From Blastocladiella emersonii ATCC 22665 (Eukaryota; Fungi; Blastocladiomycota), in contig JANHCV010000013.1 of the NCBI GenBank assembly GCA_025594325.1, positions 744,001-808,000 on the forward strand: a stretch of DNA of 64,000 bases. The letters are read 5' to 3'. Position 1 is the stretch's first letter, and each line of letters opens with the position of its first letter. The translations under genes and the position numbers were made by a program. Under the pieces are notes generated by a model, which was given only the letters and a program-made list of their open reading frames with translations, was not told the DNA's origin and searched no databases. Shown one piece after another: positions 58,155 through 64,000 of the stretch.

Positions 58155-59117
58155 TTATTGCCCCGCAACGACACACCGATCCTTGCCCGCCATATCCTTC
58201 CACACGTCGGCCCACGCGAACCCCGCGTCCAGCAGGATCGCGCGCACCGCGGCGCCCTGCGTGTGCCCGATCTCGGTCGCGAACGTCGGGCAGGTTGGCG
58301 GGAGAGAAGTGGACCGCAATGCGTCGCGCGCGAGTGCCGCGAGCTTGCTGTAAAACTCGACCCCGTCGGGCCCCGACACCAGCGCGCCCACGTCCTCCCA
58401 GTCGCGCACGTCGGGGTCGAGGTCGGGGTACTCGTTGGCGCGGATGTACGGCGGGTTCGCGACCACGAGGTCGGCGGGGTGCGGGAGCGCGGAGGCGGCG
58501 AGCAGGTCCAGGGCGTGGTATTCCGCGGACGGGGCGGAGTTTCGCGCGGCGTTCTCCCTCGCGAGCGACAGCGCGGCCGGGTGCACGTCGTACCCGGTCA
58601 CCTCGACTTGGGTTTGTGGGTGCAAGTGCGAGTGTAGCGCGAGACTGACACACCCGGACCCAGAGCACAGATCCGCCACCCTGACGCGCGCCACGCCAGC
58701 AGGCGCGACCATCCGCGCGAGCCGCTCGGTCCACTCGTCCGTCTCCCAGCGCGGGATCAGGACGGGCGGGGCGACGCGCAGGTCGAGGTCGCGGCCGAAC
58801 GGCACGGTCCCGAGAATGTACTGCAGCGGTTTGCGCGACTCGACGCGGTCGTTGGCGAGCGAGGAGAGCTTGGTCCATTGCGCGGCGGTGAAGCGGGACA
58901 GGGTCAGGTGCAGGTGCGTGAGGGAGGGAGTCGCGGCGTCGAGGGCTTTGGCGGCCGGCGGATCGGTGTGGTCGCGGCAGTGGGGGGAAGAGGTGAGGAG
59001 AGCGTGGCCGGCGAGGTAGCGCAGCTCGAACAGGGCAGAGGAGGAAGAGCCCGTGTGTTTGGCGAGCTGGCCGACGAGGGCGCGGGTGCGCGCGCGTGCG
59101 GTTACAGTAGAATTCAT
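58155..59117 (-). CDS. HEMK1: HemK/PrmC release-factor glutamine methyltransferase (~320 aa)
   Basis: PLQYILG, VLIPRWETDEW, ADLCSGSG, NPPY and KDMAGKDR motifs. Intronless. Confidence 0.92.
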   Translation of the reverse strand: MNSTVTARARTRALVGQLAKHTGSSSSALFELRYLAGHALLTSSPHCRDHTDPPAAKALDAATPSLTHLHLTLSRFTAAQWTKLSSLANDRVESRKPLQYILGTVPFGRDLDLRVAPPVLIPRWETDEWTERLARMVAPAGVARVRVADLCSGSGCVSLALHSHLHPQTQVEVTGYDVHPAALSLARENAARNSAPSAEYHALDLLAASALPHPADLVVANPPYIRANEYPDLDPDVRDWEDVGALVSGPDGVEFYSKLAALARDALRSTSLPPTCPTFATEIGHTQGAAVRAILLDAGFAWADVWKDMAGKDRCVVAGQ

Positions 59118-59449
59118 GGGTTTGCGTTCAAGGAGGTCGCTACGGGAGAGAGAGGGAGCGGAAGCGGGCGCAGCCGGAAGAGAGCGAGATACTTTCGCGT
59201 CAGGTGACGCCGCGGCGCCGCGCCTCGCCTCTCTCTCTTCGCGTCGCGCGTCCCCTCCCCCTCTCTTCTCGGGACAACTGCATGCATCACGGCCCCGCAC
59301 CGCCGGCGCGCCTCACGTAACACTCTGCAACGCGACCTTCACGCGCGCGCGACAACACCGCCGCTACGCGCACCCCCCGTGCGGCGCCACACCCTCAACC
59401 TTCCCCGTCCCGCCCGCCCGTTGTCCCTACCCCTCACGCAAATGGAACC

Positions 59450-62400
59450 ATGGTGACCAACGAAGGGCTCGACTCTATCATCACGCGGCTGTGGAGCCGG
59501 TCCGCTCATGCTCGCGATGGGTTGACGCGCGCGGTTGCTGACGATTTGGGCGGTTTCTAGAAACGACGACGTCAAGGGCGCGGCCGCCGAGGATCTCAAG
59601 CACCATGTACGCCTCTACGTGGTAGTAATCTGGCGGGCGATGGCTGACTCCGGCGAGTGTAGGTCCTCTCGGTCTCGCGCGAGCTCACGAGCGAGGCCTT
59701 CTCCAAGTTCCTCACCGACATCAACCAGCGCATCTTCGAGCTGATCCTCAGCAACGAGGTCCACGAGAAGGTTGGCGGCATCATGGCCATCGGTACATTA
59801 CGCTTTCCGTTCACCGCCGGGAACCGCGCACTCACCCCCGCCCGCTGCACCCAGAAAAACTCATCGAAGTCGACGGCGAGGAGAACGCGACCAAGATCAC
59901 GCGGTACGGCAACTACCTCGGCATGGCCCTGAGCAACGGCGACACGCAGGTCATGGTTCTCGCCGCGCGCGCCCTCGGCAAACTTGTGTCGCCGCGCGTC
60001 GGCGGCGCCTTCACCGCCGAGTTCGTCGAGGTCGAGGTCCGGAAAGCCATCGAGTGCCTGCACCTCGGCGACAAGCACGAGGCGAAGAAGCACGGCGCGG
60101 TGCTCGTCCTCAAGGAGCTGGCGCAGAACGCACCCACGCTCATCTACGCGCACGTCCCGCACATCCTCGAGTCGCTGTGGTACCCGCTGCGCGACGCCAA
60201 GCTGGCGGTCCGCGAGGCCGCCGCCGACGCCATGTCGGTCTGCCTCGAGCTCGTCTACCAGCGCGAGACGGTCGCAAGGACGCAGTGGTTCGCGAAAGTG
60301 TGCGACGAGGCGATGCGCGGCGTCAAGGTGCCCAACGTCGACCACGTGCACGGCACCCTGCTCGTCCTGCGCGAGCTGCTCCTGCACACGGGCCGGTTCA
60401 TGGACCCGAAATACAAGGAGATCTGCGACGTGCTGATCCGGCTCAAGGACCACAAGGACGGCTTGATCCGCCGCACCGTCATCTCCGTGATCCCGACCGT
60501 CGCCTCCTTCAACGCCGCCGCCTTCGAGCTGTACCTGTCGCGGTTCATGTCGCACCTGATCGCCCAGCTGAAGCGCGAGCGCGACCGCGCCGCCGCCTTC
60601 ATCGCCGTCGGCAAGGTCGCCCTCGCCGTCGAGTCGTCCATGAAGGACTTTCTCGAGGATATCATCAAGGTCATCCGCGAGTCGCTCCTCCTCAAGGGCA
60701 AGGCGCGCAACGAGGCGCCCGTCTTCCAGTGTGTCTCGATGCTCGCCACGGCTGTCGGACAGGCCCTCACGAAATACCTCCTCGACGTCCTCGACCTCTT
60801 CTTCGCCTCGGGCATCTCGCAGCCGCTCGTCCAGGCCCTCGTCGATATCTCCACCCACATCCCGCCGCTCCTCCCGACCATCCAGGAGCGGCTGCTCAAC
60901 CTCGTCTCCACCATCCTCTCGCAGCAGCCGTTCCGCCCGCCCGGCGCGCCGCAGCGGTCCGGCGGCGGCGGCTCGGGTGGCGTGACCGCGGGTGCCACGG
61001 GCGGCGCCAATGGCGGTCCGAGCAGCGGCGGCGGCGGCGCGAGCGGTGTCGTCGTCGGCGCGGCGGCGAGCATCTCGCACATCCTGATCGGGTCGACGCC
61101 CGGCGAGGTGCGCGACACCGAGGCCATCATCCTGGCGCTGCAGACGGTCGGGTCGTTCGACTTCGGCCAGAACCTCAACGAGTTTGTGTCGCAGATCGTG
61201 ACGCAGTACCTCGAGGACGACGCCGCCGAGGTCCGCCTCGCCGCCGCCCTGACGTGCTGCCACGTCCTGTCGAGCGACCCGGTCCGGTTCCAGACGTCGG
61301 CCTACGCGATCGAGCAGGTCAACTCGGTCCTCGAGCGGCTGCTGACGGTGGCGGTCGCCGACCCCGACGCCAAGATCCGGTTCGCGGTGCTCAGCTCGCT
61401 CGACGACCAGTTCGACCACTACCTCGCCAAGGCCGAGAACGTGCACTCGGTGTTCCTCGCGACCAACGACGAGATGTTCGGCAACCGCGAGGTCGCCATG
61501 AAGACCATCGGCCGGCTCGCCCTGTGCAACCCCGCCCACGTGCTCCCGTTCCTCCGCCGCATGCTGATCCAGCTGCTCACCGAGTTCGAGTACGCCAACG
61601 TCGCGCGCACCCGCGAGGAGTGCGCGAGGCTGCTCAGCCACCTCGTCGGCGCGTGCCGGTACCTCATCAAGCCGTACGTCGAGCCGATCCTGCACGTGCT
61701 GCTGCCGAAAGTCAAGGACCCGTCGCCCGGCGTCGCGTCCGCCACGCTGTCGGCCGTCGGGTCCCTGTCGCTCGTGTCCGGCAAGAACATGCTCCCGCAC
61801 ATGGCCGAGCTGCTGCCGCACGTCATCGACAGCCTGTCGGACGCCACGTCGCAGACCAAGCGGCTCGCGTCGCTGCAGGCGCTCGGGCAGATCGCTAGCT
61901 CCACCAGCTACGTGATCCAGCCGTATATCGACCACCCGGCGCTGCTCGACACCATCATCGCGATCCTCAAGACCGAGTCGTCGATGCAGGTGCGCCAGGA
62001 GACCATGAAGCTGCTTGGCATCCTCGGCGCGCTCGACCCGTACAAGCACAAGCAGATCAACCGCCAGGCGACCGACGCGGTCAACGTCATGAACAACATC
62101 GACCCGACCGCCATGATGATGATGGGCATCGGCCCGTCACACGAGGACTACTACCCGTCGGTCGCCATCAACGCCCTCATGATCATCTGCCGCGACAACG
62201 CGCTGTCGGCGCACCACACGGCCGCCATCAAGGCCGTCATGTACATCTGCAAGACGCTCGGGCTGAAGTGCGTGCCGTTCCTGCCGCAGATCATCCCGCC
62301 GCTCCTCGCCATGCTGCGCAGCTCGCTCCCCGCCATGCTCGACTTCTTCTTCCAGGAGCTCGCGCAGCTCGTCCAGGCGGTCGGCGTCCACATGACGTCG

Positions 62401-64000
62401 TACCTCCCCGACATGATCGCCCTCATCGAGCAGCACGCCAAGACGCTCGAGCTCACGGTCATGACGCTCGTCGAGTCCCTCGCGATCTCGCTCGAGGCCG
62501 ACTTCACGGTCCACCTGCCCGTCCTGCTCCCGCACATCCTCGGCATCTTCGACTCGGACCACTCGGAGAACCACCGCGCCACCTTCAAGGTCCTCGACAT
62601 CCTGTGCATCGTCGGCGTCGGCCTGCAGGAGTACATGTTCCTCGTCCTGCGCCCGCTGATGCGGCTCATCGAGACGCCCGCCGCCGACCCGGCGATCCGC
62701 CGGTACGCCGTCACCGCGCTCGGGTTCATCGTCCAGCGCGTCGCCATCGCCCACCACTCGTCGCGCATCATCCACCCGCTCGTCCGGTGTCTCGCCGCCG
62801 CGCCCGCCGATCTGCGCGCGGCGATCATGGACGCGCTCACGGCCCTCATGATGCAGATGCGGTCCGACTTCCTCCTGTTCGTGCCCATCATCCACAAGGC
62901 GTATACGCGGCACCGCATCCACCACGCGCCGTACGAGCGGTGCCTCACGCTGCTCCTGCGCAACGAGCCGCCGCCCGAGTTCGCGATCGCGCCGCCGAGC
63001 CCCGTGCGCGTCCCGAATGGTGCCGCGGCGGTGGCGGGCCCCGAGCCGCTGCAGAAGCTGCCCGTCAACCAGGTGCAGCTCAAGCGCGCGTGGGAGACCA
63101 ACCACAAGTCGACAAAGGACGACTGGCTCGAGTGGCTGCGGCGGCTCAGCATCGAGCTGCTCAAAGAGTCGCCGAGCCCGGCGCTGCGCGCGTGTTCCGC
63201 GCTCGTCAGCGTGTACGCGCCCCTCGCGCGGCAGCTGTTCAACGCCGCGTTCGTCAGCTGCTGGGCCGAGCTGTTCGACCAGTACCAGGACGAGCTCGTG
63301 CGCGCGCTCGAGACGGCGCTCACGTCGCCCAACATCCCGCCCGAGATCCTCCAGACGCTGCTCAACCTCGCCGAGTTCATGGAGCACGACGATAAGCCAC
63401 TGCCCATGGACCTCCGCACGCTCGGCATGTACGCGACCAAGTGCCAGGCGTACGCCAAGGCGCTCCACTACAAGGAGCTCGAGTTCATCTCGGAGCCGTC
63501 GACGGCCGCCATCGAGTCGCTCATCTCCATCAACAACTACCTGCAGCAGCCCGACGCGGCCATCGGGATCCTGACGTTCGCGCAGCAGCACCACCAGGTC
63601 AAGCTCAAGGAGAACTGGTACATCAAGCTCGAGCGGTGGGAGGACGGGCTCGAGGCGTTCAAGCGGCGCGCGCGCGAGGACCCGTTCAACTTCTCCATCA
63701 CCTACGGCATCATGAAGTGCCTGCACAAGCTCGGCGAGTGGGAGCAGCTCGCGCACCTGGCGCGCGAAAAGTGGGTCAACGCGTCGTCCGAGGAGCGCCG
63801 CGCCATCGCGCCGTTCGCGGCCGCCGCCGAGTGGGGGCTCGGCCACTGGGAGGCCATGGACGAGTACATTCACGTGCTCAAACCCGAGTCGCCCGACGGG
63901 TCCTTCTTCCGCGCGATCCTCGCCGTCCACCGCAACCTGTTCCCGCAGGCGCAGCAGTTCATCAACAAGACGCGCGAGCTCCTCGACACCGAGTTCACGG
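59450..64000 (+). CDS. TOR: TOR kinase, 5' portion (HEAT repeats to start of FAT), runs off the window
   Basis: Three short introns, then a long exon containing GTLLVLRELL, ETMKLLGILGALDPY, TKDDWLEWLRRLSIELLKESPSPALRAC, LLNLAEFMEH and AYAKALHYKE. Confidence 0.97.

Noticed and set aside
59596-63930. Long minus-strand and alternative-frame ORFs (817, 708, 597 aa etc.), and similar ones over 26-35 kb
   Set aside because: Shadows of very GC3-rich real genes (TOR, ERG8, Ctr, EFHC). They are Arg/Ala/Gly-rich with no motifs.
1-64000. CRISPR arrays, rRNA/tRNA/snRNA genes, telomeric repeats, prokaryotic operons
   Set aside because: None seen. Repeats are microsatellites such as (AGTCA)n at ~24750 or paralogue-derived, and the genes have spliceosomal introns.

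Overview
Eukaryotic genomic DNA, most likely from a zoosporic (flagellated) fungus. Support: short 55-85 nt spliceosomal introns with GTACGY donors and CTRAC branch points, a fungal-type ERG8, an axonemal EFHC/Rib72 gene and an animal-type MCU. The window has two compartments. (i) Very GC-rich, compact, intact housekeeping blocks: ~26.0-35.5 kb (ERG8, PEX10, a Ctr copper transporter, a Bim1/X325-like Cu-binding GPI protein, EFHC, MCU) and 57.4-64 kb (ITPA, HemK, 5' part of TOR). (ii) Lower-GC accessory blocks (0-26 kb, 35.7-57.3 kb) with paralogue arrays in birth-and-death decay (4 DUF4470 genes, 2-3 ankyrin-like genes, 7 F-box-like genes, a decayed pair of unknown genes), transposase fossils (hAT, P-like) and displaced fragments of conserved genes (an intron-containing TOR 3' fragment and an AAA+ C-terminus). 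Main leads: an adjacent Bim1-like + Cys/Met-ectodomain Ctr pair (candidate Cu-uptake module); an ACT-N4-GCAA motif at about 18 predicted gene starts, read in different frames; and an inverted TOR kinase fragment inserted into an ankyrin gene next to a palindromic promoter element. Family calls come from motif recognition by eye. No database searches were run.
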